DNA from: an uncultured Planctomycetaceae bacterium | Lineage (GTDB): Bacteria > Planctomycetota > Planctomycetia > Isosphaerales > Isosphaeraceae | DNA: 64,000 nucleotides | Assembly: GCA_963833985.1 (NCBI GenBank) | Contig: CAWIAD010000002.1 | Span: 1,504,001-1,568,000, forward strand | Reading direction: 5' to 3' | In this document: one piece after another, positions 1 to 14,584 of the stretch | Position numbering within the stretch: position 1 is the first letter of the stretch | Layout: the number at the start of each line of letters is the position of its first letter | Position numbers and translations under genes: made by a program | Notes under the pieces: model-generated | What the model was told of the DNA's origin: nothing | Seen by the model: the letters and a program-made list of their open reading frames with translations, nothing else | The model's database searches: none

Positions 1-182
1 TCGAAGGCCTGCTGGCGATTCGCAACGACGTCGGCCTGCTCTCCGAGATGTACGACCCCACGGAGCATTGTCTCCTGGGCAATTTTCCCCAGGCGTTCTC
101 GCACGTCGGCCTGGTGACCACGGCCCTGCAACTGCGGCGTGGCGTGGCCGGGCCCTCGTCCGTGCGTGGTCAGGGGGGCTGA
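1..182 (+). CDS. Glycoside hydrolase family 15 (glucoamylase-like) protein, C-terminal end; truncated by window edge
   Basis: Frame 3 reads EGLLAIRNDVGLLSEMYDPTEHCLLGNFPQAFSHVGLV...stop at 180-182. NDVGLLxExYDP and LGNFPQAFSH are typical of the bacterial GH15 C-terminus. Not in the ORF track. Confidence 0.85.
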   Translation, partial: EGLLAIRNDVGLLSEMYDPTEHCLLGNFPQAFSHVGLVTTALQLRRGVAGPSSVRGQGG

Positions 183-318
183 AGCAGCGGTCCTGGCGCG
201 CCCTGCCGGGGAGCATTGGCTTCGGGCATGCGAATTGCCTTCTCTGCCCACTCGCGTCAGCCAGCTTTTATCGGTGCCCTGCGTTCCTGTTCAACCACGC
301 TTGTCCCAAGAGGCGTCC

Positions 319-1335
319 ATGGCTCCAAACATCGAGAAAGCGGCAGACCGGCTCACGGATTATGAGCAGGCCCAGGTTGAGAAGATCGCTTCGTGGAAAG
401 CTTCGCACCCGAACCCGTTCGGAGAGCTGTTCCACATCGCCTCGCGTCCCCTGGCAAAACTGATCGAGGTGATCCTTCCCGATGTGGTCGCGCTTCGCGC
501 CATCGAGGCCGCGTATGCGATGGGCGAGCGCGCCGCCACGCGTGCGGATCTCAAGGCGCTGGCCGGAGTGAGCGATCTGGCCGAATTGCGGCACAAGCCG
601 ATGGAAGTCTGCGACACGCTGTCGCGTACGGTGGGCACGCAGGGACAAGCCCTCGCAACCATCGAGGGAGGCCTGACTGGCGCGGGGGGCGTCTGGACCA
701 CCTTGCTGGACGTGCCCTTGCTGTACACCGTCTGCATCGCGACCATCATGAAGACAGGACGCTGCTACGGTTATCCGCTTGACCGGCCGACGGACAAAGC
801 CTGGGTGCTGGGTGCCCTGGCCGTGGCGCTTTCCGGCACCCGGGAGAAGCGTGCGGACCTGATGGGACAGCTCAGGGAAATCGAGGATCTGCTCCTGGAA
901 GACATTCAGCAAGACGTCGTGATCCAGGAGACCGCCTCACTGCTGACGCAGGTCGAGATCTTTGAAGACGCGCCGATCGTCGGAATCGCGGGAGGCGCGC
1001 TGTTAAATCTCTGGGTCGCCCACCGTGCTGATCTGACGGCGCGCGACCTGTTCCAGGAGCGCTGGCTGCGGGATCAGGGGAAGATCGACACCATCGAGCC
1101 AGCGCCGGACGCCTACTCCGTGCAAGGAATGAACGGCCTCGGCGGCGCGCTGGCCCGAGCGGGGAGGAGCAGTGTCTACGGTCTGAGCTTCGCGGCCGCA
1201 CTGCCGGTCTGCCTCCTCGTCAGCCTTCTGACTCCGGTTGGCTCCGGCATCCGCAGACAGACCTCCTCGGTTTTTCATCAGCTCAACGGAAAGCTGGACT
1301 GGCGGTTCCCGGTTCCCGCAGTCGAGTCCTCATGA
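319..1335 (+). CDS. EcsC family protein
   Basis: ATG at 319 in ORF 139..1335. EGGLTGAGGVWTTLLDVPLL and GRCYGY resemble EcsC-family motifs. Confidence 0.7.
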   Translation: MAPNIEKAADRLTDYEQAQVEKIASWKASHPNPFGELFHIASRPLAKLIEVILPDVVALRAIEAAYAMGERAATRADLKALAGVSDLAELRHKPMEVCDTLSRTVGTQGQALATIEGGLTGAGGVWTTLLDVPLLYTVCIATIMKTGRCYGYPLDRPTDKAWVLGALAVALSGTREKRADLMGQLREIEDLLLEDIQQDVVIQETASLLTQVEIFEDAPIVGIAGGALLNLWVAHRADLTARDLFQERWLRDQGKIDTIEPAPDAYSVQGMNGLGGALARAGRSSVYGLSFAAALPVCLLVSLLTPVGSGIRRQTSSVFHQLNGKLDWRFPVPAVESS

Positions 1336-1544
1336 CCGATCGGCGTCTGTCGCCACTCTCCCTGGCGTCACGTCGATCCCCCGTGATTTTGCTCACTTTT
1401 CCCGGACTCGCCGACTTCCGCCTTGAGTCCGGGGCCGCACGACCCCCATGATGACAGGGACGGCGCCTTGCGGGCCCGTGCGCCGGCGGTGCCGTCGTCG
1501 CAGCGGAAAGAGCAAACGTAGGGGTCGCCGGAGGATCCATCAGA

Positions 1545-2498
1545 ATGCGCGTCATCGTGACGGGAGGAGCCGGTTTCATCGGGTCGAATGTGGTCGATCG
1601 GCTGCTCGACGACGGAGCCCGGGTCACCGTGGTCGACAACTTCGACGACTTTTATCCTCGTGCCGTCAAGGAGGCCAATCTCGCACAGGCGGTGAGCAAT
1701 CCCCGTTGCCGGCTCGTCGAAATGGACATCCGCGATGCCGCCGGCGTGGCCCGGCTGGTGGCGGAGTGCCGGCCGGAAGTGATCGTCCACCTTGCCGCCC
1801 GCGCCGGTGTGCGTCCCAGCATTGAAGATCCCGCGCTCTACGCCGACGTCAATGTCCTGGGGACCACGCACTGGCTGGCAGCCGCGTCGCGGCTGGAGCC
1901 CCGCCCTCGGTTCGTCTACGCGTCCAGCTCCAGCGTGTATGGCGAGCGAACGGACGCGCCGTTCCGCGAAACAGACCGAGTGGACCACCCCGCCAGCCCA
2001 TACGCCGCAACCAAGAAGGCGTGCGAGCTTCTCGCTTCCACGTTTCACCACCTTCATGGTCTACCGGTGACCGGGCTGCGGTTCTTCACCGCGTACGGCC
2101 CGCGAAACCGGCCGGACCTGGCGATCGCCAAGTTCACCCGGCTGATCGATAGCGGCCAGCCCGTGCCCCTGTTCGGCGACGGCACGACGCGGCGCGACTA
2201 CACCTACGTCGCCGACATCGTCGACGGCGTGGTCCGCGCCATCGAGCAATGCGCCGGTGCGCACATTTACAATCTGGGGAATTCGCACCCTGTCAAGCTT
2301 CTCGAGATGATCGAGGCCATCGCCAAGGCTCTGGGCAAGGCCCCGAAAATCGAGCGCCTGCCCGAGCAGCCGGGCGACGTGCGGCAGACGTATGCCGACA
2401 TCCAGAGTGCCTCGGCAGAGCTGGGCTACCAGCCAAGGACCTCCTTTGCCGATGGATTGGCCAGCTATGTCGCGTGGTATCGGGCCAACCGGACCTGA
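1545..2498 (+). CDS. NAD-dependent epimerase/dehydratase (UDP-glucuronate 4-epimerase-like)
   Basis: TGGAGFIGS Rossmann motif, ASSSSVYG, YAATK catalytic YxxxK, LRFFTAYGPRNRPD, RRDYTY. Confidence 0.92.
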   Translation: MRVIVTGGAGFIGSNVVDRLLDDGARVTVVDNFDDFYPRAVKEANLAQAVSNPRCRLVEMDIRDAAGVARLVAECRPEVIVHLAARAGVRPSIEDPALYADVNVLGTTHWLAAASRLEPRPRFVYASSSSVYGERTDAPFRETDRVDHPASPYAATKKACELLASTFHHLHGLPVTGLRFFTAYGPRNRPDLAIAKFTRLIDSGQPVPLFGDGTTRRDYTYVADIVDGVVRAIEQCAGAHIYNLGNSHPVKLLEMIEAIAKALGKAPKIERLPEQPGDVRQTYADIQSASAELGYQPRTSFADGLASYVAWYRANRT

Positions 2499-2551
2499 GC
2501 TGAATTGAGCAGTGCAGTCCAGTGCAGTGATGCACGCAGTGCGCGCTCACT

Positions 2552-2673
2552 CGGGGGCAGGCATTCCGGCCCGCCGGAGCAGGCCTGCCCTGGCAGACAG
2601 GAATGTCGGCAGACAGGAAAGTCGGCGCCCCGAAACTCTGAAACCGACTGCACCCCGTCAGAAAACCGCTCTG
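2552..2673 (+). repeat. Dispersed ~120-bp REP-doublet/MITE-like element, copy 1
   Basis: GGGGGCAGGCATTCC...GGCAGACAGGAATGTC...CTGCA.CCCGTCAGAAAACCGCTCT; near-identical copies at 16431-16564 (-) and 58243-58360 (+). Confidence 0.85.
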
Positions 2674-3181
2674 GCAGGAATCAAAGTGCATCCGGACCTT
2701 GTTCGCGAAGCACGCTTGGGCCCGGACTGCCCGCTTGACAATCACGTCGAACCCCTTTCAGGGAATTGTTGGAAAATGTGTGCCCGGGACGTCTCAAGCT
2801 TCTGAACCTTCCCATCGAGCATTGCACACGTCCAACGCAGACGATGCCAAGGAAGCAGGCGAAGCCATGACGGGCGAGTGCAAGGATGCTCTCCCGGCAA
2901 TCGCTTCTGCCCGGGAACATCGATCACACGCGTTATCTCCAGGGCGCATAAGACGTTCGCGCTCGATCCGGTGCACCCTGAGCGTTTCACATGAGGCGTG
3001 CTCGCGTTTCTTGAACTGATTGACGTGGTTGATCCTCAAGCACGGCATGGAAGTTGCAAAAAGACGAGGGTTCACCTCTGGAATGACTCCCCGCTGGTCT
3101 CGCCGCAGAAAGCCAGCGATCGAAAGAGGCAAGCATGAGCCGTGTGACATGGAGCCCGCGACGCCAATGAGTGTGCCATCC

Positions 3182-5535
3182 ATGGCTCATGAAAGCTCCT
3201 TGCTCCTGACGCTCGAGGAGATCAGCCAGCTCGTCTCGCATTCGCACAACCCCCACGAAACGCTGGGCAACATCGTGCGGCTGATCCAGGGGAGGTTCGG
3301 CACCGACGTCTCCTCGGTTTATGTGCTGGAGCCGGAGCGTGAAGAGCTGGTGCTCGCGGCGACGGTGGGGCTAGATCCTTCGGGCGTGGGCCGCGTGCGC
3401 ATGCGGTTGAACGAGGGATTGACCGGGCTGGTGGCGGAACGGATGAGCCCGATCATGGAGCCCGATGCATCGCTGCACCCGCGGTTCAAGTACTTTCCCG
3501 AGGCGGGCGAGGATGCCTACCACTCGTTTCTGGGTGTACCGCTCATCGAATCTGGTGTCGTTCAGGGTGTGCTGGTCGTCCAGACGATGGAGCGCAGGCC
3601 CTTCCTGGCCAACGAGATCCGCATGCTGGTCACGGTGGGCTCTCAGCTTGCTCCCCTGGTCTCAGGGCGCGGATGCTAGAGCGTGTGGCCTCGGCCGCTG
3701 CCGAGAACGAAGCAGCGCCCGCCGTCGCGGAGGGCACACCGGCTCCCCAATGGTTCCGCGGCTCTCCCCTGGCGCCGGGTTCCGGCCTGGGTCAGGCCTA
3801 CCTGATCGGCCCGAGTGGAACGCTTGCCGAGGTTGCCGTCACGGCCACAGCCGATCCCGCCGTGGAACGCGAACGTCTCGACCAGGCGATGGAGGCGGCG
3901 CGGGGGGAGATCACGCGGCTGAGCCGGCGCATCTCGCACCTGGTGGGCGAGGATCACAGCGCCATCTTGCAGGCGCAGCTCATGATCCTTCAGGACAGCA
4001 CGGTCGACCGCGACCTGAACAGTTGCCTGTACGGGGGAGCCAGTGCCGAGACCGCCTTGGCGCGGACGCTCGAGAAATATGTCGCGGCGTTCCAGCGTCT
4101 CACCAACCCGTTTTTCCAGGAACGAATCTTCGATATCAAGGACGTGTTCCGGCGTATCCTGTGGCACCTGCGGCCGCAAGCGGCTGCCTGGACTCCCGCG
4201 GCGGAGCAGATCGTCCTGGTGGCTCACGAAGCCTCGGTGCTCGACCTGTTCTCGGTGGACCTCGATCACCTTGTCGGGGTGGTCCTGGAACACGGAGGCC
4301 CGCACAGCCATGCCGTGATCATCGCGCGCAGCCTGGGCATTCCCGTGATCGGCCAGGTGGCCGGGCTCTTCGAGCAGCTCAGACCGGGACAGCTCTTGCG
4401 GCTCGACGGCGGCACCGGAGAGATCGAGCTGGATCCGCTCATCGCCGATCACGATACCGCGATGGAAGCGGAACTCGCCGGCCATGGCGAGGGTCCTGAC
4501 CATTTGCGGATCGAGTCCTTGCAGCCCCACCCCTCGCCGGGCGCGAACGGACGCGCTCATGGCGCGGGGGGCGAGCGGCCGGGAATGCCCCGCATCGACG
4601 CCAATGTCAACCTGCTCAGCGAGGCCTCCGCGGTGATCGCCAGCGGAGCCTCGGGCGTCGGGCTCTACCGCTCCGAGATGCTCTTCCTGGCCCGCCGCAC
4701 CTTGCCCACCGAAGAGGAGCAGGTCGAGGTCTACCGGAAACTGGTCGATACCCTCGAGGGCCGGCCGGTCACAATCCGCTCGTTTGATCTCCGCCCCGAC
4801 AAGCTGGCCCACGGCTCGACGGCCGCATCATCCATGGCGCAGACGCTCGACTGGCGGCTCGTGCTTCAGTCGCCGCTCTTGCAGCGACTGTTCAAGGAAC
4901 AGGTGCGAGCGATCCTCCGGGCCGCCGCCGCCGGACCGGTACGCTTACTCATTCCCCTGGTCACGCGATCGACGTTGCTGGAGTTCGCCATCTCGACGGT
5001 CGAACAGGCGCGACAGGAGCTTCTGAGAGAGGACCTGGCGTTCGGACGCGACGTACCCCTCGGGGTGATGATCGAAGTTGCGGCCGTGGCACCGCTCATC
5101 GACGCCTGGTCCAGCCGGGTCGACTTCTTCTCGCTGGGCACCAACGACATGATCGCCTCGGCGCTGGGGATCAATCGCGATGACCCGGTGGGTCCGCTGG
5201 GTGATGATCTGCTCCATCCCGGGCTGATCCGCATGATCGGCGAGATGATCGCCAGCGCACGCCGCGCGGGCCGGCCGTTCTCGGTGTGTGGAGAAATGGC
5301 GGCCGATCCCGAAGGTGCCGTCGTCCTGGTCGCGCTCGGCGCCAGCTCGCTGAGCGTCGCGGTGGACCGTGTGGCGCCCATCCGCAAGCTCATGAGCCGG
5401 CTGGACCCCGGTTCGCTCACGGCTCTGGGGGCACGCCTCTCCTCCGCACGGTCGGTCGCGGAGGTGAAGAAGATGGTCACCGCCGTGATGCCGGCCACCG
5501 AGTCTCGCGAGTGTATGGTCCAGGCCCCGGTCTGA
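3182..5535 (+). CDS. ptsP: GAF-domain phosphoenolpyruvate-protein phosphotransferase (EI-Ntr/PtsP), split by a 1-nt frameshift near 3665
   Basis: GAF ORF (MAHESSLLL...HSFLGVPL) abuts an enzyme I ORF with GGPHSHAVIIARSLGIP, GLYRSE, GTND and CGEMAAD. Adding one G to the GGG run near 3665 gives a continuous ...LVSGARMLERVA. Confidence 0.88.
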
Positions 5536-5656
5536 TCCCGGAAATCCACGACCCTCTGGTCAGGACTGGCGTACACGCGAATAATAGGCTGAACTTGCCC
5601 AGGCCGTTGCATCGAGATTCCGCGGCCGATCGAGACCCATCCCAGGGGACAGACTC

Positions 5657-6292
5657 ATGAGGCGTTGGAGCGGCTGCCTCGGGGCACTTGCGGCGGGTTC
5701 TCTGGCCTTGCCATTCTTCTTGGCTGCTCCATCGGCACGCGCGCAGGCGGTGGGCTTTCAGCCTGTCCCGGCGCCGCTACCTAGCGGAGTGATGCTGAAC
5801 GTCACGCCCGCTGTTTCCGCCGACCGCCGCTACGTGCGGCTGAGCATCGGCGCTTCCTTCCAGACGATCGAGGGCTTCACCACCTACAGCGTGCCCGCCG
5901 CTGTGAGCGGGGGTGGAGCGGGGATGAACGGGCCGCTCGGCGCCATTCCAGGGCTGGGCGGAATCGCTGGCGCAGGCGGCGGCGCCGGTGCCGCGCGCCC
6001 GGCAGGCCTGCTCGCCCCGGCCCCTGCTTCGCCGCCGCCGCCGAATGGCTTTTCCAGTAGTGATCCCTTCGAGCAGGCGCTGCTGCGCAGCACACTCGCC
6101 GACCCGGCGGTCGCTTCGCTCCCTGCCCAGGACTCCTCCTTCGTGCCGCCGACGTACAACCCCCGCTCGCGCAGGAGAAGCGCCGCACGCCACCGTTCCG
6201 TGGGCCGCACGAACCCGTCTCCGGCCCGTGCGGAGAGTCGTGCCGCGAGCCAGCCGCAGGCTGCTGCCGGAGCACGCGGTTCCGGGAAGTGA
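5657..6292 (+). CDS. Secreted hypothetical protein with a short secretin-like motif
   Basis: Signal peptide ending ARA-Q, then GVMLNVTPAVSADRRYVRLSI, then a Gly/Pro-rich tail. Confidence 0.6.
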   Translation: MRRWSGCLGALAAGSLALPFFLAAPSARAQAVGFQPVPAPLPSGVMLNVTPAVSADRRYVRLSIGASFQTIEGFTTYSVPAAVSGGGAGMNGPLGAIPGLGGIAGAGGGAGAARPAGLLAPAPASPPPPNGFSSSDPFEQALLRSTLADPAVASLPAQDSSFVPPTYNPRSRRRSAARHRSVGRTNPSPARAESRAASQPQAAAGARGSGK

Positions 6293-6322
6293 GTCCCCGC
6301 ACGCCTGAGTTCAGCCGGCTCA

Positions 6323-8381
6323 TCACCGCAAGAGGCACGGGGCGCCCGGGTGCGGTTCAATTTCGACCCGATTACGCCCCAGCGCCTTCGCCCGGTAGAG
6401 TGCGGTGTCGGCCCGGTTGAGAACCTGTTCGGCAGACTCCCCGCGTGCTGCCTCGGTCACCCCAAAGCTGGCGGTGAGCCTGCGCTCGCCGAGTTGCTCG
6501 GGAGTCGCCACGGCGGCGCTTTTTCTGAGTCGCTCGGCAATCAGCTCGGCCGTCTCCAGGGTCAAGCCGGGCAGGAGCACGACGAATTCCTCGCCGCCGA
6601 ATCGGGCCACGAGGTCCAGCGACCGGCACTGGTTCTGAAGAACGTCCGCAAACCGGGTCAGGGCCTGGTCGCCGACGACATGCCCCCAGGTATCGTTGAC
6701 CTGTTTGAAGTGATCCAGGTCGGCCATGATCAGGGAGCATGGCTGGGATGATTCGGCCAGTTTGTCCAGGTAGTGCGCCAGCATGCGGTCAAGGTAGCGC
6801 CGGTTGGCCAGGCTGGTCAGCGGATCGCGGTCAGCGGCTTCCCGTACCTGCCGAAACGCACTCTCGACGACCACGCTGGTGGTCGCGTCCGAGAAGACGG
6901 CAACGCCGCCGACCACCGTTCCATCGTCTCCGCGGACAGGCATGATGCGGGTGTCCACCGAGATTCGCCGTCCATCCTTGTGCCGCAGAAAAAGTCGTTT
7001 GTGAACCGGGCGGTCCTGCCGCATCGAGAGTTCCAAAGGGCACTCCCGGTTGCAGAGCGTGCAGCCGAACACGGCGGCATGGTCCAGTAGCCCGTCGAAG
7101 CACTGCCGGCCAAGCACCTCGGCCTGCGAGTAGCCAGTCAGTCTTTCGGCTGCCTGGTTCCAGAAGAGAATGGTCCGCCGGCTGTCCGCGTAGTACACCG
7201 CGTCGTGCAGTTGATCGAGCAGTCGCTTGTAGAAACTGAACTCCAGGGGGAACGTTTCCTTGGCGATCGGTACGGCCTGTCCCGGTGCCTCGGTTCGCCC
7301 GGTGCCTGGTTCGGACGCTCCATCTCCCCGCGTGCGGGAAGGAACGCTCGGGAGGGCCGGGGCCGTCACAGGGGCGGAGGCCGGCGCGCGGCCGTTGCTC
7401 AACCAGCCGTCCCCCTTCACCCCCATGCCGAGCGACGCTGCAACGGCACTTCGCTTGATCAGCGTGACCTCGTTGCCCGCGGGATTGAACGCCAGGGAAT
7501 CCATGAACGACTTCATCAGCAGCAGACCCCGGCCACTGCACTTCAGCAGGTCCTCGGGCTCGATGGGCCTGAGGGCTCCTGATGTATTGAAGCCCGGCCC
7601 GTCGTCGCGAATCACGAACCGCGAGCGGTCGGGTTCGTGGCTGATCACCATCCGGATGCGGCGGTCTCGATAGGCAGCCTCCGCGGCCCTCTGCCGCCCC
7701 AGTTCGTGGTAGCGCCGGTCGTCTTCCTCACGCAGCTCCGAGCAGAGCTCGAGGTTGCCGTGAAAAAGTGCGTTTCGCAAGGCCTCGTCCAGCGCGATGG
7801 TGATGCGCATGAGCTCGGCGGAGTCCCAGCGATCAAGCTGGGTCATCTCGTCCTGAAGGAACTCCAGAAGTGCGGGAATGACGTCCGGATCGTTGCCCAG
7901 CTCGAATCGCGATTCGCGCAGCACCAGCGTTTGCAGGCATTTTCGCTTCCAGTTTCCGGCGGACGCCGTGCGCAGGCGCGCGCCAGGATCGCGCGCAGGT
8001 CCTGGGCAAGCCTGTGCTTGGGCAGGTAGTCGGTGGCTCCCACCCGAAGCGCCTCCACGGCCGCATCCTCACTGCCATGTCCGGTCATGACGATCACGGG
8101 AATTTCAGGGTGGTGCTCACGGATGGCCCGGACGAGTTCCAGGCCTTCCATCCCTTCCATCTGAAGATCGGTCAAGACCACCGAGACGGTGTGATCAGCC
8201 AGCCGCGCCAGCGCACCGGCGCCATCCTCGGCGTAAATGGCCCGGCAGCGGGAATTCTGGTCGACGAGCCGGCCGGCCCGCAGCCGATCGATGGGGTTGT
8301 CGTCCACGACCAGCACCTCGGCGATTGCGCTGGGGGTGCCGGAGCGGGCATCGCTACTGGCAAGAGCCTCGGCAGACATGC

Positions 8382-8385
<4 letters not shown>
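6323..8385 (-). CDS. Response regulator REC-HATPase(anti-sigma kinase-like)-PAS-GGDEF diguanylate cyclase, split by a frameshift near 7972
   Basis: REC (VLVVDD, VLTDLQM, YLPK) in ORF 7843..8751 joins ORF 6323..7924 ([33 protein letters not shown]-x5-GGEEF) if one C is restored in GCC(C)TG. Confidence 0.85.
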
Positions 8386-12011
<3,626 letters not shown>

Positions 12012-12346
12012 GCAGGGTCGTTCCCGGACCGGACGTTCCCCGAGCGCCACCGAGACTCTTCGCTCCGCGCCGGGGGGATCCCGACCTCCAGAAGGTTAGG
12101 ACACGTCCACCAGACCGGGATGGAAAACGAAATCCGTAGCGCTCGAGCGCGGCATCCCCGTTGCCACCACGCTCTGGCGCAGCGCCGACCCGAGAATCGC
12201 TCCGCCGGCACCATGCGCTGGCGGGTCATCGCGGGTGGAAGCCGCCGGGCCCGAAGGTTCCCGGAGCAGGCGCTGCGACCCGAGCCGGGGACAACGGATG
12301 CACGCTGGTCCGCCGCGGGCTGAATTCGGGCGTGGATCGAGAACTC

Positions 12347-13195
12347 TCAGTGGGGGTCGACGTAGGCCCGGTCGAAGCGTTTGATGAGCGTGACCTCGTT
12401 GCCCCGGTCGTTGTAGCGAAACTCATCGACGAGGCCGCGCGCCAGCATGATGCCGAAGCCTCCCTCGCGCAGGCCGAGTTCGTTGCGGAGCTCGATGTGG
12501 CCGATCGGGTCCTCATCACTTGCGGCGTGCGGCAAATTGCGAGGGTTGAAGCCGGGGCCCTGGTCCTTGATGATCAGCGTCACCTTTTCCGGATCGATGC
12601 GGTAGGTGATCCGCAGCAACAGGTCGGGATTCTTGCGGTGCCCCCACTCGATGGCGTTCCCCCCCATCTCCATGATGGTTTGCTTGAGGTCCTTGATCTG
12701 GCGGTCCGTCAGCGGAGTGTGGGCGAACAGGTCGGCGAGCATGTCGTGTGCCTGCTGGAGATAGCTCAGCTCGCTACGGATATCGAAGTTGATCTCGCCG
12801 TGCGTTCCCCGCTTGAGATGTTCCTCGTGCCACTCCAGCGCCTTGTCGATCTCCTCGTACAGCCTCTCCGGTGTGAACGGCTTGCGCAGGTATCCGTTGG
12901 CTCCTACTCGTACCCCCGCGGCGCGATGCTGGTCATCCTGGAGTGCGGTGACCATGACGATGGGGATCAGGTTCGTCTCGCGGTTCCGCTTGAGCTGATC
13001 GCAGATGGCGAAGCCGTCGATATCGGGAAGCATCAGATCCAGCAGGATCAAATCCGGCTTCTGCGCCGAAACGGCAGGCCACACCTGCGCACCGGAGTAA
13101 AGCTGGATCGGTTCGAAGTCACGGACCCGAACGAGACTGGCCAGGATATCGTTGGTGTCGCGCTCATCGTCGACGATCAGAACGGTGCGCGGCAT
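12347..13195 (-). CDS. Response regulator with C-terminal anti-sigma-factor-like HATPase domain
   Basis: REC (LIVDDE, LLDLMLP, LRKP) followed by [33 protein letters not shown]. Confidence 0.88.
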   Translation of the reverse strand: MPRTVLIVDDERDTNDILASLVRVRDFEPIQLYSGAQVWPAVSAQKPDLILLDLMLPDIDGFAICDQLKRNRETNLIPIVMVTALQDDQHRAAGVRVGANGYLRKPFTPERLYEEIDKALEWHEEHLKRGTHGEINFDIRSELSYLQQAHDMLADLFAHTPLTDRQIKDLKQTIMEMGGNAIEWGHRKNPDLLLRITYRIDPEKVTLIIKDQGPGFNPRNLPHAASDEDPIGHIELRNELGLREGGFGIMLARGLVDEFRYNDRGNEVTLIKRFDRAYVDPH

Positions 13196-13788
13196 GGGAA
13201 CACTCGAAGGAACGACGATCTTTCGAAAAAACGATGCCGGGTGCCGCCCAAGGCGACGGGACTTCTACCATTCTCACGCGCGAGATCAAGCCTGGCAAGA
13301 GTTTGGAGTACGCCGGCAACCCACTCCACCGCTTTCCCGGCCAGACCCCGGCATCCCGGCCCTCAAGGATCTGGTCCCATTCCGCCGTCGCAGAAACCCC
13401 TCCGGGGCAGCTCGAGCGTCTCCCCGACGACGCAATTGCGTGCCTTCACCATTCCATGACTCAATCCACTTTACAGACACCTCCACCGACGCCAGACGGA
13501 ACTCCGCGGGCGCTTGTTCGCCCCGCGACGGATTCAGCGAACCGGTGCGCCGCCCTTGCTCATCGGCCTCGCGGCGCGTTCCGGCCAACCTCCGACCACT
13601 GAAAATCGTCTTCAGGTGGGACGCGCGCCCCGTTTCCCGTTAGCTCTCTTGCGAGCGCCCCGACCCTCGCGTCACAATACACTTTCCTTTGCTCCGGCAA
13701 CTCTTTGTGTCGCACGGACGGAACGGCCGCCCCCGAAGCCGGCCAGGTTCCGACGGCTCGCTCACCCGATTGAGGGGACCATGAAGGC

Positions 13789-14493
13789 ATGAATGTTATC
13801 AAGATCATCGATACGTTCGGTAATATCGTCTACATGGCCCTCGGTTTCCTGGCGGTGTGGGGAGTTTACAACGCGATCCTGCTTTATCGCATGCTCAGCA
13901 AGAAAACATTGAAGAACCCGGAGCAGCTCATCCAGCAGGTCCAGGAGCTCTGCCAGGCGCGCAAGTTCGATGCGGCGCTGAGCGTTTGCCAGAGCCCGCT
14001 GTACTGGCACAAGGCGCTTGCACAACTCATTGCCGTGGCGTTGCGGAATCGCGACAAGGGGCTGGCGAAGATCAAGCAACTGCTGGTCACCGAGTTCCAT
14101 ACGGAGGTGATCGCGGGCATGGAGAACCGGCTCGCGTCGATCTCCACCATTGTCCGCATGGGGCCCTTGCTGGGCCTTCTGGGCACGGTGGCCAGCATGA
14201 TCGCCGCATTCAATCGCATCGGCGGCGCCGAGCAGGTCAACCCGCGCGCGCTGGCCTCGGACATCAGCCTCGCGCTCTGGGCGACGGGCGCCGGCCTGCT
14301 CATCGCCAACCCGATGATGCTCATCGGCAACGACTTCCACGCGCGGCTGCGAAGGCTGAGGGACCGCACGGAGGGGCAGCTCCAGGAGATTCTCGAGATT
14401 CTCGAGTCACTGGAAGCTTCCGGCCCGGCGCCGGTTGCCCGCGGTCTCCGGCCGGAACCGGTCGCCGCCCGGGCGGGAGCACAGAGGCCCTGA
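13789..14493 (+). CDS. MotA/TolQ/ExbB proton channel family protein
   Basis: GPLLGLLGTVASMI and ISLALWATGAGL motifs. Confidence 0.9.
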   Translation: MNVIKIIDTFGNIVYMALGFLAVWGVYNAILLYRMLSKKTLKNPEQLIQQVQELCQARKFDAALSVCQSPLYWHKALAQLIAVALRNRDKGLAKIKQLLVTEFHTEVIAGMENRLASISTIVRMGPLLGLLGTVASMIAAFNRIGGAEQVNPRALASDISLALWATGAGLLIANPMMLIGNDFHARLRRLRDRTEGQLQEILEILESLEASGPAPVARGLRPEPVAARAGAQRP

Positions 14494-14584
14494 TCCAGGG
14501 CAGCTCTCACCGCTGCGCCGGCGGCTACCGGCGCTCGGCCCGTCTTTCAGAAACCCAAGGTCCCTGCCCGGTCCGTGAATCGCC

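Noticed and set aside
3673..5535. Catalytically dead PtsP (lacks the NPxLGxR motif)
   Set aside because: The phospho-His (SHA), GLYRSE, the DWR arginine, MIE, GTND and CGE are all present, so only a loop appears shortened.
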